Shown piece after piece: positions 19,501 to 34,500 of a DNA stretch of 64,000 bases (the stretch's first letter is position 1; each line of letters opens with the position of its first letter). The notes under the pieces were generated by a model. The model saw only the letters and a program-made list of their open reading frames with translations, did no database searches and was not told the DNA's origin. The position numbers and the translations under genes were made by a program. Source of the DNA: Spirochaetia bacterium (GTDB lineage: Bacteria > Spirochaetota > Spirochaetia > SZUA-6 > Bin103); the NCBI GenBank assembly GCA_965208575.1, contig CBDBOV010000006.1, positions 1,120,001-1,184,000 of the forward strand, in the 5' to 3' direction.

Positions 19501-22500
19501 GCCGGGATGCCGTCGAAGGTGTGCAAGGTCCCGCTGAAGGTGAGCCAGCCGGGCAGGGCGCCGCTGTCGCTGTCGCTGTCGGCGCCGCCGTCGCCCCCGG
19601 CGCCGCTGCCGCCGTCGCTGCGGCTGTACGCCCTGAGCAGGCCGTTGGCGCGCGGGAGGTCGCCCCCGGGCTCCTCGATTCCCTGACCGCCCACGTTGCG
19701 CACGACGGCACTCCAGACGAGGGGGTCGCCGTCCGGGTCGGTGAACAGGTCGGAGGGCGCCTTGTAGCGGTACGCCACGCCCTGCGTCGCCCACTGCTCC
19801 GGAATCTGGCCGGGCGCGACCGGGACGTCGTTGGGATCGGTCGCGGTGATGGTGGCGGTGGCGGTGGCGGATGCGGCCGAACTCTGGTCGAGCACCTGGA
19901 AGGTGAACGTGGCACTGCTCGTGAAGGCGACCGCCGGCGTGAACTTCAACGACCCCAGGTCGCCGTGCGCGATCACCTGGCTGGCCGTCACCGCGGTCGC
20001 GCTCAGCGCCAGCGTTCCCTGCGCCGCCGCCGGCAGCGTCACCACCTTCACCGACTTCAGGCTGTCACCGGTGTCGACGTCGCTGAACACCCCCTCGAAG
20101 TTGCTCGCGGAGAAGGTCAGCGTCACGTGCGGCGCGGTGCTCAGGCGCAGTGCCGTGGCCGTCGGCGCATCGTTCACGGCGGTCACCGTGATCGTTGCCG
20201 CCGCCGCACCCGACGCCGCGTCGGACTGATCCACCAGCTTGAACGTGAACGCCGCATCTCCGTGCCAATTGGCCACCGGCGTGAACGTCAGGCTTCCCAG
20301 GTCGGCGTGCGCGACGCTCTGATTCGCCGTCACCGCCGTCCCGTTCAGCGCCAGCGCGCCGTGCGCGGCCGACGGCAGCGTCACCACCCGCACCGCCTTC
20401 AGGCGGTCGTTCTCGTCCGGGTCGCTGAACAACGCCTCGAACTGCGCCGCCGTGAACGTCAGCGCCGTGTCCTCCGCCGTGCTCACCGTCAACAGCGCCG
20501 CGTCGGGATCCGCCGGGGTCGGGGGATCCCCGGGATCCTCCTCCTTGAGTTGCGGAGGCCGCACACCCGGCCGGTCGGCCATCGCCGTCACCGTCACCGT
20601 CGCCGTCGCCGCGGCCGACGCCGCGTCGGACTGGTCCACCAGCTTGAAGGTGAACGCCGCTTTCCCGTTCCAGTCCGCCGCCGGCGTGAACGTCAGTGTC
20701 CCCAGGTCGGCGTGCGCGACGCTCTGATTCGCCGTCACCGCCGTCCCGTTCAGCGCCAGCGCGCCGTGGCCGGCGTCCGGCAGACTCACCACCTGCACCG
20801 CCTTCAGGCGGTCGCCGGGGTCCGCGTCGCTGAACACACCCTCGAAGTGCGCCGCCGTGAACGTCAGCGCCGTGTCCTCCGCCGTGCTCACCCCAAGCGC
20901 TGCCGCTGCCGGCGCGTCGGCCACCGCGCTCACCGTCACCGTCGCCGTCGCCGCACCCGACGCCGCGTCGGACTGATCGACCACCTTGAAGGTGAAGCTC
21001 GCATCGCCGTTCCAGTCCGCCGCCGGCGTGAAGGTCAGCTTCCCCAGGTCGGCGTGCGCCACGTTCCGGTTCGCGCTCACCGCCGTCCCGCTCACCGCGA
21101 GCGCGCCGTGCGCCGCCGCCGGCAGGGTGACGACCTGCACCGCCTTCAGGCTGTCGCCGGGGTCCGCGTCGCTGAACACACCCGTGAACTGCGCCGCCGT
21201 GAACGTCAGCGCCGTGTCCTCCGCCGTGCTCACGTTCAGCGCTCCCGCCGCCGGCGCGTCGGCCACCGCACTCACCGTGATCGTGGCCGTCGCCGTCCCG
21301 GACAGCCGGTCGGTCCCGTCGCTCACCTGGAAGCCGAACGTCGCCGTGCCCGCGTAGTTCGCCGCCGGCGCGAACTTCAGGCTTCCCAGGTCGGCGTTGG
21401 CTATCACCTGGTTGGCGCCCACCCCGGTACCGGCCAGCGTCAGCGTGCCCTGCGTCGCCGCCGGCAGGGTGACGACCTTCACCGCCTTCAGGCTGTCGCC
21501 GGGGTCCGCGTCGCTGAACACACCCGTGAACTGCGCCGCCGTGAACGTCAGCGCCGTGTCCTCCGCCGTGCTCACGTTCAGCGCTCCCGCCGCCGGCGCA
21601 TCGGCCACCGCACTCACCGTGATGGTGGCCGTCGCCGCCGCCGACTCCGCGTCCGACTGGTCGGCCACCTTGAACGTGAAGGTCGCCTGCCCGTTCCAGT
21701 TCCCCACGGGCGTGAACGTCAGGCTCCCCAGGTCGCCCTTCACGATCTTCCGGTTCGCCGTCACCGCCGTCCCGCTCAGCGCCAGCGTGCCCGCGGTGGC
21801 CGCCGGCAGGGTGACGACCTTCACTTCCTTCAGGCTGTCGCCGGTGTCCGGGTCGCTGAACACGCCCTCGAAGTGCGCCGCCGTGAACGTCAGCGCGGTG
21901 TCCTCCGCCGTGCTCACGTTCAGCGCACTCGCCGCCGGCGCGTCGTTCGCCGCGCCCACCGTGACGGTCGCCGTCGCCGCGGCGGCAGACTCCGCGTCCG
22001 ACTGATCCACCACCTTGAACGTGAAGGCCGCATCTCCCGCGTAGTTCGCCACCGGCGTGAACGTCAGGCTGCCCAGGTCGGTCTTCACGATCTTCCGGTT
22101 CGCCGTCACCGCCGTCCCGTTCAGCGCCAGCGCGCCCGCCGCCGCCGCCGGCAGCGTCACCACGCGCACCGCCTTCAGGCTGTCGCCGGTGTCCGCGTCC
22201 GTGAACACCCCCGCGAACTGCGCCGCCGTGAACGTCAGCGCCGTGTCCTCCGCCGTGCTCACCCCCAGCGCCGCCGCTGTCGGCGCGTCGGCCACCGCGC
22301 TCACCGTCACCGTCGCCGTCGCCGCCGCCGACTCGGCGTCCGACTGGTCGGCCATCTTGAACGTGAAGGTCGCCTGCCCGTGCCAGTTCGCCACCGGCGT
22401 GAACGTCAACGTCCCGAGGTCGGCCTTCGCGAGCTTCCGGTTCGCCGTTACCGCCGTCCCGCTCAGCGCCAGCGCCCCGTGCGCCGCCGCCGGCAGCGTC

Positions 22501-25500
22501 ACCACCTTCACCGACTTCAGGCTGTCGCCCGCATCCGGGTCGCTGAACACCCCCGTGAAGTGCGCCGCCGTGAACGTCAGCGCCGTGTCCTCCGCCGTGC
22601 TCACCCGCAGCGCACCCGCCGCCGGCGCATCGGCCACCGCACTCACGGTCACCGTCGCGGTCGCCGCCGCCGACTCCGCGTCCGACTGGTCGGCCACCTT
22701 GAACGTGAAGCTCGCCTGCCCCGCGTAGTTCGCCACCGGCGTGAACGTCAACGTCCCGAGGTCGGCCTGCGCGATCGTCCGGTTCGCCGCCACCGCCGTC
22801 CCGTTCAACGCCAGCGCCCCGTGCGCCGCCGCCGGCAGCGTCACCACCCGCACCGCCTTCAGGCTGTCGCCGGTGTCCCCGTCCGTGAACACGCCCTCGA
22901 AGTGCGCCGCCGTGAACGTCAGCGCCGTGTCCTCCGCCGTGCTCACCCGCAGCGCACCCGCCGCCGGCGCATCGGCCACCGCACTCACGGTCACCGTCGC
23001 CGTGGCCGCCGCCGACTCCGCGTCCGACCGGTCGGCCACCTTGAACGTGAAGCTCGCGGCTCCGTGCCAGTTCGCCGCCGGCGTGAACGTCAATTTCCCG
23101 AGGTCGGCCTTCGCGATCGTCCGGTTCGCCGTCACCGCCGTCCCGTTCAACGCCAGCGCGCCCGCCGCCGCCGCCGGCAGCGTCACCACCCGCACCGCCT
23201 TCAGGCTGTCGCCGGTGTCCCCGTCCGTGAACACGCCCTCGAAGTGCGCCGCCTGGAACGTCAGCGCCGTGTCCTCCGCCGTGCTCACCCGCAGCGCGCC
23301 CGCCGCCGGCGCATCGGCCACCGCGGTCACGGTCACCGTCGCCGTGGCCACCGCCGACTCCGCGTCCGACCGGTCGGCCACCTTGAACGTGAAGCTCGCG
23401 GCTCCGTGCCAGTTCGCTGCCGGCGCGAACTTCAGCGTCCCCAGCGAACCGCGCGCGATCACCTGGTTCGCCGCCACCGCGCCGCCGCCGAGCGTGAGCG
23501 CGCCTGCCGTGCTCGCCGGCAGCGTCACCACCTTCACCGACTTCAAGCGGTCACCCGCGTCGGTGTCCGTGAACACGCCGTCGAAGTGCGCCGCCGTGAA
23601 CGTCAGCGCCGTGTCCTCCGCCGTGCTCACGTGCAGCGCGCTCGCCGCCGGTGCGTCGTTCGCAGCGCTTACCGTTACCGTCGCCGCGGCCGCCGCCGAC
23701 TCGGTGTCCGACTGGTCCACCACCTTGAACGTGAAGCTCGCCTGCCCCGCGTAGTTCGCCACCGGCGTGAACTTCAACGACCCCAGGTCGGCCTTCGCGA
23801 TCTTCCGGTTCGCCGTCACCGCCGTCCCGCTCAACGAAAGCGCGCCCGCCGTCGCCGCCGGCAGCGTCACCACGCGCACCGCCTTCAGGCTGTCGCCGGG
23901 GTCCGCGTCCGTGAACACCCCGGCGAACTGCGCCGCCGTGAACGTTAACGCCGTGTCCTCCGCCGTGCTCACGTGCAGCGCACCGGCCGCCGGCGCATCG
24001 GCTACCGCCGTCACGGTCACCGTCGCGGTCGCCGTCGCAGACTCGGCGTCCGACTGGTCCGCCACCTTGAACGTGAAGCTCGCATCTCCGTGCCAGTTCG
24101 CCGCCGGCGTGAACGTCAGGTTCCCCAGGCCGGCCTTCGCGATCTTCCGGTTCGCCGTCACCGCCGTCCCGTTCAGCGCCAGCGCCCCATGCGCCGCGGC
24201 CGGCAGCGTCACCACCCGCACCGCCTTCAGGCTGTCGCCGGGGTCCGCGTCCGTGAACACCCCCGCGAACTGCGCCGCCGTGAACGTCAGCGCCGTGTCC
24301 TCCGCCGTCCTCACCCTCAGCGCTCCCGCCGCCGGGGCATCGGCGACCGCGCTCACGGTGATCGTCGCCGTCGCGGTCGCAGAGTCGGCGTCCGACTGGT
24401 CGGCAACCTTGAACGTGAAGCTCGCCGCTCCGTGCCAGTTCGCCACCGGCGTGAACGTCAGGTTCCCCAGGTCACCCTTCACCACTTTCCGGTTCGCCGT
24501 CACCGCCGTCCCGTTCAGCGCCAGCACCCCGTGCGCCGCCGCCGGCAGCGTCACCACCCGCACCGCCTTCAGGCTGTCGCCCGCATCCGGGTCGCTGAAC
24601 ACCCCGGTGAAGTTCGCCGCCGTGAACGAAAGCGCCGTGTCCTCCGCCGTGCTCACCCCCAGCGTTCCCGCCGCCGGGGCATCGGCGACCGCCGTCACGG
24701 TGACCCTCGCGCTCGCCGCGGCCGACTCGGCGCCCGACTGGTCCACCACCTTGAACGTGAAGCTCGCAGCTCCGTGCCAGTTCGCCACCGGCGTGAACGT
24801 CAGGCTCCCCAGGTCGCCCTTCACGATCTTCCGATTCGCCGTCACCGCCGTCCCGTTCAGCGCCAGCGCGCCCGCCGTCGCCGCCGGGAGCGTCACCACC
24901 CGCACCGCCTTCAGGCTGTCCCCGGTGTCCGCGTCCGTGAACACCCCTGCGAACTGCGCCGCCGTGAACGTCAGCGCCGTGTCCTCCGCCGTGCTCACCC
25001 CCAGCGCACCCGCCGCCGGCGCGTCGTTCACCGCGCTTACCGTCACCGTCGCCTCCGCCGCCGCCGACTCGGCGTCCGACTGGTCGGCCACCTTGAATGT
25101 GAAGCTCGCAGCTCCGTGCCAGTTCGCCACCGGCGTGAACGTCAAGCTCCCCAGGTCACCCTTCACGATCTTCCGGTTCGCGGTGACCGCCGTCCCGCTC
25201 AGCGCCAGCACCCCGTGCGCCGCCGCCGGCAGCGTCACCACCTTTACCGACTTCAGGCTGTCGTCCGCGTCCGGATCGCTGAACACTCCCGCGAACTGCG
25301 CCGCCGTGAACGTCAGCGCCGTGTCCTCCGCCGTGCTCACCCCCAGCGCACCCGCCGCCGGCGCGTCGCCCGCCGCGCTTACCGTCACCGTCGCCGTCGT
25401 CGCCGCCGCCGACTCGGCGTCCGACTGGTCCACCACCTTGAACGTGAAGCTCGCCGCTCCCGCGTAGTTGGCCGCCGGCGTGAACGTCAGCGTCCCCAGC

Positions 25501-28500
25501 GAGCCGTGCGCCATCTTCTGATTCGCCGTCACCGCCGTCCCGTTCAGCGCCAGCGCGCCCGCCGTCGCCGCGGGCAGCGTCACCACCCGCACCGCCTTCA
25601 GGCTGTCCCCGGTATCCGCGTCGCTGAACACCCCCGCGAAGTGCGCCGCCGTGAACTCCAGCGCCGTGTCCTCCGTCGTGCTCACCTCCAGCGCACCCGC
25701 CACCGGTGCGTCGTTCGCCGCGCTCACCGTCACCGTCGCCGTGGCTGACGCCGACTCCGCATTCGACTGGTCCGCCACCTTGAACGTGAAGCTCGCCGCT
25801 CCGTTCCAGTTCCCCACCGGCGTGAACGTCAGGCTCCCCAGGTCGCCCTTCACGATCCTCCGGTTCGCCCTCACCGCCGTCCCGTTCAGCGCCAGCGCGC
25901 CCGCCGTCGCCGCAGGCAGCGTCACCACCCGCACCGCCTTCAGGCTGTCCCCGGTATCCGCGTCGCTGAACACTCCCGCGAACTGCGCCGCCGTGAACGT
26001 CAGCGCCGTGTCCTCCGTCGTGCTCACCTCCAGCGCACCCGCCACCGGTGCGTCGTTCACGGCGCTCACCGTCACCGTCGCCGTGGCCGCCGCCGACTCC
26101 GCATTCGACTGGTCCGCCACCTTGAACGTGAAGCTCGCCGCTCCGTTCCAGTTCCCCACCGGCGTGAACGTCAGGCTCCCCAGGTCGCCCTTCACGATCC
26201 TCCGGTTCGCCGTCACCGCCGTCCCGTTCAGCGCCAGCGCGCCCGCCGTCGCCGCAGGCAGCGTCGCCACCCGCACCGCCTTCAGGCTGTCCCCGGTGTC
26301 CGCGTCGCTGAACACTCCCGCGAACTGCGCCGCCGTGAACGTCAGCGCCGTGTCCTCCGTCGTGCTCACCTCCAGCGCACCCGCCACCGGTGCGTCGTTC
26401 ACGGCGCTCACCGTCACCGTCGCCGTGGCCGCCGCCGACTCCGCATTCGACTGGTCCGCCACCTTGAACGTGAAGCTCGCCGCTCCGTTCCAGTTCCCCA
26501 CCGGCGTGAACGTCAGGCTCCCCAGGTCGCCCTTCACGATCCTCCGGTTCGCCGTCACCGCCGTCCCGTTCAGCGCCAGCGCGCCCGCCGTCGCCGCAGG
26601 CAGCGTCGCCACCCGCACCGCCTTCAGGCTGTCCCCGGTGTCCGCGTCGCTGAACACCCCCGCGAACTGCGCCGCCGTGAACGTCAGCGCCGTGTCCTCG
26701 CTCGTGCTCACCTCCAGCGCACCCGCCACCGGTGCGTCGTTCGCCGCGCTCACGGTAATCGTCGCCGTGGCTGACGCCGACTCCGCATTCGACTGGTCCG
26801 CCACCTTGAACATGAAGCTCGCCGCTCCGTTCCAGTTCCCCACCGGCGTGAACGTCAGGCTCCCCAGGTCGCCCCGCGCGATCTTCTGGTTCGCCGTCAC
26901 CGCGCTTCCGTTCAGCGCCAGCGCGCCCGCCGTGCCGGCAGGCAGGGTCACCACGCGCACCGCCTTCAGGCTGTCGCTCGCGTCCGGGTCCGTGAACACC
27001 CCGTCGAACTGCGCCGCCGCGAACGTCAGCGCCGTGTCCTCCGCCGTGCTCACCTCCAGCGCACCCGCCGCCGGCGCGTCGTTCGCCGCGCTCACCGTGA
27101 TCGTCGCCGTCGCCGCCGCCGACTCGGCGTCCGACTGGTCCGCCACCTTGAACGTGAAGCTCGCCGCTCCGTTCCAGTGTTCCACCGGGGTGAACTTCAG
27201 CGTTCCCAGCGAGCCGCGCGCGATCTTCCGGTTCGCCGTTACCGCGCTGTCGCCGAGCGTCAGCGCACCCGCCGTGCTCGCCGGCAGCGTCACCACGCGC
27301 ACCGCTTTCAGGCTGTCATTCGCATCCGCGTCCGTGAACACCCCGTCGAACTGCGCCGCCGCGAACGTCAGCGCCGTGTCCTCCGCCGTGCTCACCTCCA
27401 GCGCACCCGCCGCCGGTGCGTCGTTCGCCGCGCTCACCGTCACCGTCGCCGCCGCCGCCGCCGACTCCGCGCCCGACTGGTCCGCCACCTTGAACGTGAA
27501 GCTTGCCTGTCCGTTCCAGCTCTCCACCGGCGTGAACGTCAGCGTCCCGAGCGAGCCGCGCGCGATCAGGTCGTTCGCCGTCACCGCGCTGTCACCGAGC
27601 GTCAGCGCGCCCGCCGTGGCCGCCGGCAGCGTCACCACCCGCACCGCCTGCAGGCGGTCGCCGGTGTCCGGGTCACTGAACACCCCATCGAACTGCGCCG
27701 CCGCGAACGTCAGCACCGCGTCCTCCGCCGTGCTCACCCCCAGCGCACCCGCCGCCGGCGCGTCGTTCACGGCGCTCACCGTCACCGTGGCCGTCGCAAT
27801 CGCCGACTCCGCGTCCGACTTGTCCACCACCTTGAACGTGAAGCTCGCTTTTCCGTGCCAGTTCCCCACCGGCGTGAACGTCAGCCTCCCCAGGGATCCA
27901 TGCGCGACTACCTGGTTCGTGGTCACCGCGTTCCCGTCCAGCGCCAGCGCCCCTGCCGTGCCTGCCGGCAGGGTCACCACCTTCACCGACTTCAGGCTGT
28001 CGCCCGAGTCCTTGTCCGTGAACACCCCCTCGAAGTTCGCCGCCGTGAACGTCAGCGCCGTATCCTCCGCCGTGCTCACCTTCAGCGCACCCGCCTCCGG
28101 CGCGTCGTTGGTCGAACCGACCGTGACGGTCGCCGTCGCCGTGCCCGACAGCAGGCCGCTCTCGTCTCTCACCTGGAAGTTGAAGGTGGCCGCCCCCGTG
28201 AATTTCTCCGCCGGCGCGAACTTCAGCGTCCCCAGGTTGCCGCGTGCGATCAGGTCGCCGGCGCCGACCGCGGCTCCATTCAACGTCAGCGCGCCGCGCG
28301 CCGCCGCCGGCAGGTTGACCACCTTCACCGCCTTCAGGCTGTCGCCGACGTCCGGGTCGCTGAACACGCCGTCGAAGTCGCTCGCCGTGAACGTCAGCGC
28401 CTTGTCCTCCGCCGTGCTCACCCGTAGCGCGCCCGCCACCGGCGCGTCGGCCACCGCCGTCACGGTCACCGTCGCCGTCGCCGCCGCCGACTCCGCGTCC

Positions 28501-31500
28501 GACTGGTCGGCCACCTTGAACGCGAAGCTCGCTCGTCCGTTCCAGTTCGCCACCGGCGTGAACGTCAGCGTCCCCAGGTTGCCGCGCGCGATCAGGTCGT
28601 TCGCCGTCACCGCGCTGCCGTTCAGCGCCAGCGCGCCTGCCGTGCCCGCCGGCAGCGTCACCACCCGCACCGCCTTCAGGCGGTCACCGGTGTCCGGGTC
28701 GCTGAACACTCCCGCGAATTGCGCCGCCGTGAACGCCAGCGCCGTGTCCTCCGCCGTGCTCACGTGCAGCGCACCCGCTGCCGGCGCGTCGACCACCGCC
28801 GTCACGGTCACCGTCGCCGTGGCCGCCGCCGACTCCGCGTCCGACTGGTCGGCCACCTTGAACGTGAAGCTCGCAGCTCCCGCGTAGTTGGCCGCCGGCG
28901 TGAACGTCAGCGCCCCCAGCGAGCCGTGCACGATCAGGTCGTTCGCCGTCACCGCCGTCCCGCTCAGCGCCAGCGCCCCGTGCCCGGCCGCCGGCAGCGT
29001 CACCACCTTCACGGCCTTCAGGCTGTCCCCGGTGTCCGCGTCCGTGAACACCCCCTCGAACGGCGCCGCCGTGAACGCCAGCGCCGTGTCCTCCGCCGTG
29101 CTCACCCCCAGCGCACTTGCCACCGGCGCATCGGCCACCGCCGTAACGGTCACCGTCGCGGTGGCCGCGGCAGACTCGGCGTCCGCCCGATCCACCACCT
29201 TGAAGGTGAAGGTCGCAGCTCCGTGCCAGTTCGCCACCGGCGTGAACGTCAACGTCCCGAGGTCGGCTTGCGCGATCTTCCGGTTCACCGTCACCGCCGT
29301 CCCGTTCAGCGCCAGCGCGCCCGCCGCGCCCGCCGGCAGGGTCACCACCCGCACCGCCTTCAGGCGGTCGCCGGTGTCCGCGTCCGTGAACACGCCCTCG
29401 AACTGCGCCGCCGTGAACGTCAGCGCCGTGTCCTCCGCCGTGCTCACCCCCAGCACACCCGCCGCCGGTGCGTCGTTCGCCGCGCTCACCGTAATCGTCG
29501 CCGTGGCCGCCGCCGACTCGGCGTCCGACTGGTCGGCCACCTTGAACGTGAAACTCGCCGCTCCGTGCCAGTTCGCCACCGGCGTGAACGTCAGGCTCCC
29601 CAGATCCGCCTTCACCACCTTCCCGTTCGCGGTAACCGCCGTCCCGTTCAGCGCCAGCATCCCGTGCGCCGCCGCCGGCAGGGTCACCACCCGCACCGCC
29701 TTCAGGCGGTCGCCGGTGTCCGCGTCCGTGAACACGCCCTCGAACTGCGCCGCCGTGAACGTCAACGCCGTGTCCTCCGCCGTGCTCACCCCCAGCGCAC
29801 CCGCCGCCGGCGTGTCGTTCGCCGCGCTCACCGTAATCGTCGCCGTGGCCGCCGCCGACTCGGCGTCCGACTGGTCGGTCACCTTGAACGTGAAGCTCGC
29901 CTGTCCGCTCCAATGCGCCGCCGGCGTGAACGTCAGCGTCCCCAGGTCACCGCGCGCGATCACCGTGCCGGCCGTCACCGCGGTGCCGTTCAGCGCCAGT
30001 TCGCCCGCGCTCGCCGCCGGCAGGGTCACCACCCGTACCGCCTGCAGGCGGTCGCCGGTATCCTGATCGCTGAACACGCCGTCGAAGTCGGCCGCCGTGA
30101 ACGTCAGCGCCGTGTCCTCGCTCGTGCTCACCCTCAGCGCCGCCGCCGTCGGCGCGTCGTTGGCCGAACCCACCGTGACGGTCGCCTTCGCCGTGGCCGA
30201 AAAGCGGTCGCTCTGGTCGCGCACCTGGAACGTGAAGGTCGCCGCGCCCGTGAAGTGCGCCACCGGCGTGAACGCCAGCGTCTCCAGGTCACCGCGCGCG
30301 ATCACCTCGCCGGCCTTCACCGCGGTTCCGTTCAGCGCCAGCGCGCCCTCCGCCGCCGCCGGCAGGCTGACCACCTTCACCGCCTTCAGGCTGTCGCCGG
30401 CGTCGGGGTCGCTGAACACGCCGTCGAAGTCGGCCGCCGTGAACGTCAGCGCCGTGTCCTCCGCCGTGCTCATGCCGAGCGCGCTCGCGACCGGCGGGTC
30501 GGCCACGGCGGTCACCGTCACGGTCGCGGTCGCCGTCTGCGACTCCTCGTGCTGCTGGTCCACCACCGCGAAGTCGAACCTCGCCGCGCCCGCGAAGTTC
30601 GCCGCCGGCGTGAGCGTCAGCGTCCCCAGGTCACCGCGTGCGATCACCTCGCCGGCCGTCACCGCGGTTCCGTTCAGCGCCAGCGCGCCCTCCGCCGCCG
30701 CCGGCAGGCTGATGACCTTCACCGACTTCAGGCTGTCGCCGGCGTCGGGGTCGCTGAACACGCCGTCGAAGTCGGCCGCCGTGAACGTCAGCGCAGTATC
30801 CTCCGCCGTGCTCCTGGCGAGCGGACTCGCCGCCGGCGCGTCATTGGCCGACTCGATCGTGATGGTGGCGGTCGCGGTGGCCGAGAAGCGGCCGCCCGGG
30901 TCGCTCACCTGGAAGCCGAACGTCGCCTTGCCCGCGTAGTCGGCCGCCGGCGTGAACGTCAGGTCGTCGAATTTCGTCTCGATCACGTCGCCGGCCGTCA
31001 CGGCGGTGCCGTCCAGCGCCAGCGCGCCCTGCGCCGCCGCCGGCAGCGTGACCACCTTCACCGACTTCAGCACGTCGCCGGCGTCCGCGTCCGTGAACAC
31101 CCCCGTGAAGTCGCTCGCCGCGAACCTCAGCACCGTGTCCTCCGCCGTGCTCTTGCGCAGCGCCGCGGCCACGGGCGCGTCGGCCACCGCGGTCACCGTG
31201 ACCGCCGCGGACGCGGCCCACGACTCCGAGTCCGCCTGGTCCACCACCTTGAACGTGAACGTCGCCTGCCCGTTCCAGTTCGCCGCCGGCGTGAACGTCA
31301 GGCTTCCCAGGTCCGCGTGCGCGATGTTCCGGTCCGCCGTCACCGCGCTCCCGCTCACCGCCAGCGCGCCGTGCGTGCCGTCCGGCAGGGTGACCACCTT
31401 CACCGCCTTCAGGCTGTCCCCGGCGTCCGCGTCCGTGAACACGCCTTCGAAGTCGCTCGCCGCGAACGTCAACGCCGTGTCCTCCGCCGTGCTCTTGCGC

Positions 31501-34500
31501 AGCGCCGCGGCCACGGGTGCGTCGTTCACGGCGGTCACGGTGATGGTGGCGCCGGCCGTGGCGGACGCCGTGGCGCTCTGGTCCAGTACCTGGAAGGTGA
31601 ACGGGACGGCGCCCGTGACGTTGGCCTCCGGCTCGAACGTCAGCGTCCCCAGCTTGCTCAGCGCAATCACCTGGTTGGCGCTCACGCCGGCTCCGTTCAG
31701 CTTCAGCGCGCCCTGCGCCGCCGCCGGCAGGCTCACCACCATCACCGCCTTCAGGCTGTCCCCGGCGTCCGCGTCCGTGAACACCCCCGTGAAGTCGCTC
31801 GCCGCGAACGCCAGCGCCGTGTCCTCCGCCGTGCTCACGTTCAGCGCTCCCGCCACCGGCGCGTCGGCCACCGCCGTCACCGTGATCGTGGCCGTCGCCG
31901 CAGCCGACTCCGCGTCCGTCCGGTCCACCACCTTGAACGTGAAGCTCGCCTCCCCGTTCCAGTCCGCCGCCGGCGTGAACACCAGCGACCCCAGGTCACC
32001 CTGCGCGATCACCTGGTTCGCCGCCACCGCGCTCCCGCTCAGCGCCAGCGCGCCGTGCCCGGCGTCCGGCAGGCTCGCCACCCGCACCGCCTTCAGGCTG
32101 TCGCCATCCGCGTCCGTGAACACCCCCGCGAAGTCGCTCGCCGCGAACGCCAGCGCCGTGTCCTCCGCCGTGCTCACGTTCAGCGCTCCCGCCGCCGGCG
32201 CGTCGGCCACCGCCGTCACCGTGATCGTGGCCGTCGCCGCAGCCGACTCCGCGTCGCTCGGGTCCACCGCCTTGAACGTGAAGCTCGCATCCCCGTTCCA
32301 GTCCGCCGCCGGCGTGAACGCCAGCGACCCCAGGTCGGCCTGCGCGACCACCTGGTTCGCCGCCACCGCGCTCCCGCTCAGCGCCAGCGCGCCGTGCGCC
32401 GCCGCCGGCAGGCTCACCACCATCACTGCCTTCAGGCTGCCGCCGTCCGGGTCCGTGAACACCCCCGCGAAGTCGCTCGCCGCGAACCTCAGCGCCGTGT
32501 CCTCCGCCGTGCTCACGTTCAGCGCTCCCGCCACCGGCGCGTCGGCCACCGCCGTCACCGTGATCGTGGCCGTGGCCGACGCCGACTCCGCGTCGCTTTG
32601 GTCCACCACCTTGAACGTGAAGCTCGCATCCCCGTTCCAGTCCGCCACCGGCGTGAACACCAGCGACCCCAGGCCGGCCGGCGCGATCACCTGGTTCGCC
32701 GTCACCGCGCTCCCGCTCAGCGCCAGCGCGCCGTGCCCGGCGTCCGGCAGGCTCGCCACCATCACTGCCTTCAGGCTGTCGCCATCCGGGTCGGTGAACA
32801 CCCCTTCGAAGTCGCTCGCCGCGAACCTCAGCGCCGTGTCCTCCGCCGTGCTCACGTTCAGCGCTCCCGCCACCGGCGCGTCGGCCACCGCCGTCACCGT
32901 GATCGTGGCCGTGGCCGACGCCGACTCCGCGTCGCTTTGGTCCACCACCTTGAACGTGAAGCTCGCATCCCCGTTCCAGTCCGCCGCCGGCGCGAACGCC
33001 AGCGACCCCAGGTCGGCCTGCGCGACCACCTGGTTCGCCGTCACCGCGCTCCCGCTCAGCGCCAGCGCGCCGTGCCCGGCGTCCGGCAGGCTTGCCACCC
33101 GCACCGCCTTCAGGCTGTCCCCGGTGTCCGCGTCCGTGAACACCGAGGCGAAGTCGCCCGCCGTGAACGCCAGCGCCGTGTCCTCCGCCGTGCTCCTGGC
33201 GAACGTCCCGGCCGCCGGCGCGTCGTTCACGGCGCTCACCGTGACCGTCGCCGTCGCGTTCGCCGACTCCGCGTCGGTCCGGTCCACCACCTTGAAGTCG
33301 AACGTCGCCGCACCGCTCCAGTTCGCCACCGGCGTGAAGGTCAGGTCGCCCAGGTCGGCGTGGTCGATCTTCCGATTCGCCGTCACCGCGGTTCCGGCCA
33401 GCGCCAGCGTCCCGTGCCCGGCGTCCGGCAGGCTCACCACCTGCACCTGCTTCAGGCGGTCGCCATCGGGGTCGCTGAACACGTCTTCGAAGTGCGCCGC
33501 CGTGAACGCCAGCACCGTGTCCTCCGCGGTGCTCACCGCCAGGGCCGCCGCGGCCGGCGGGTCGGCCACCGCGGTCACCGCGATGGTGGCCGTGGCCGTG
33601 GCCGACGCCGTGCCGCTCTGGTCCAGCACCTGGAACTCGAACGCGGCTGCGCCGGCGAAGTGCGCCGCCGGCGTGAACGTCAGCGCCGCCAGCTCGCCCC
33701 GCGCGAGCACCTGGTTGACCGTGACCGGGCGGCTCTGCCGGGCAACCGGGCGGTCGCCACCCGATTCGCCGTCACCGGGCTTCCGTTCGGCGTTGACGGC
33801 CGCGACCAGCGCCAGCTCGCCGTGCGCCGCGCGCGGCAGGCTCACCACCTTGATCGATTTCAGGCTGTCACCCGCGTCCACGTCGCTGAACACCGCCGTG
33901 AAGTCCGCCGCGGCGAACGCCAGCGCCGTGTCCTCGGCCGTACTCTTGTTCAGCGGCGCCGCGGCCGGCGGGTCGGCCACCGCCGTCACCGTCACGGTCG
34001 CGGTCGCCGCGGCGGCCGATTCCGTGCCCGCCTTGTCCACCACCCGGAACGTGAAGCTGACATCCCCGTGCCAGTTCACCGCCGGCGTGAACGTCAGGCT
34101 TCCCAGGTCGGCGCGCACGATCTTCCGGTTCGCAGTCACGGCGGTCCCGTCCAGCGCCAGCTCGCCGCCCGCCGCGGCCGGCAGGCTCACCACCCGCACC
34201 GCGGCCAGGCCGTCGTCGGGGTCCGGGTCGGAGAACCCTCCGTCGAAGTCCGCCGCCGTGAACGTCAGGGGCCGATCCTCCGCCGTGCTCACGTTCAGCG
34301 CGCTCGCCGCCGGCGCGTCTCCCACCCCGGTCACCGTGATCGTCGCCGTGGCCGCGGCCGACACCGCGTCCGTCTGGTCCACCACCCGGAACGTGAAGCT
34401 CGCGGCTCCGTTCCAGTCCTGCACCGGCGTGAACCGCAACGCGCCCAAGTCGGCGAGCGCGATCACCTCGTTGACCGTCACCGCCCGGGTCGGTGCGGCG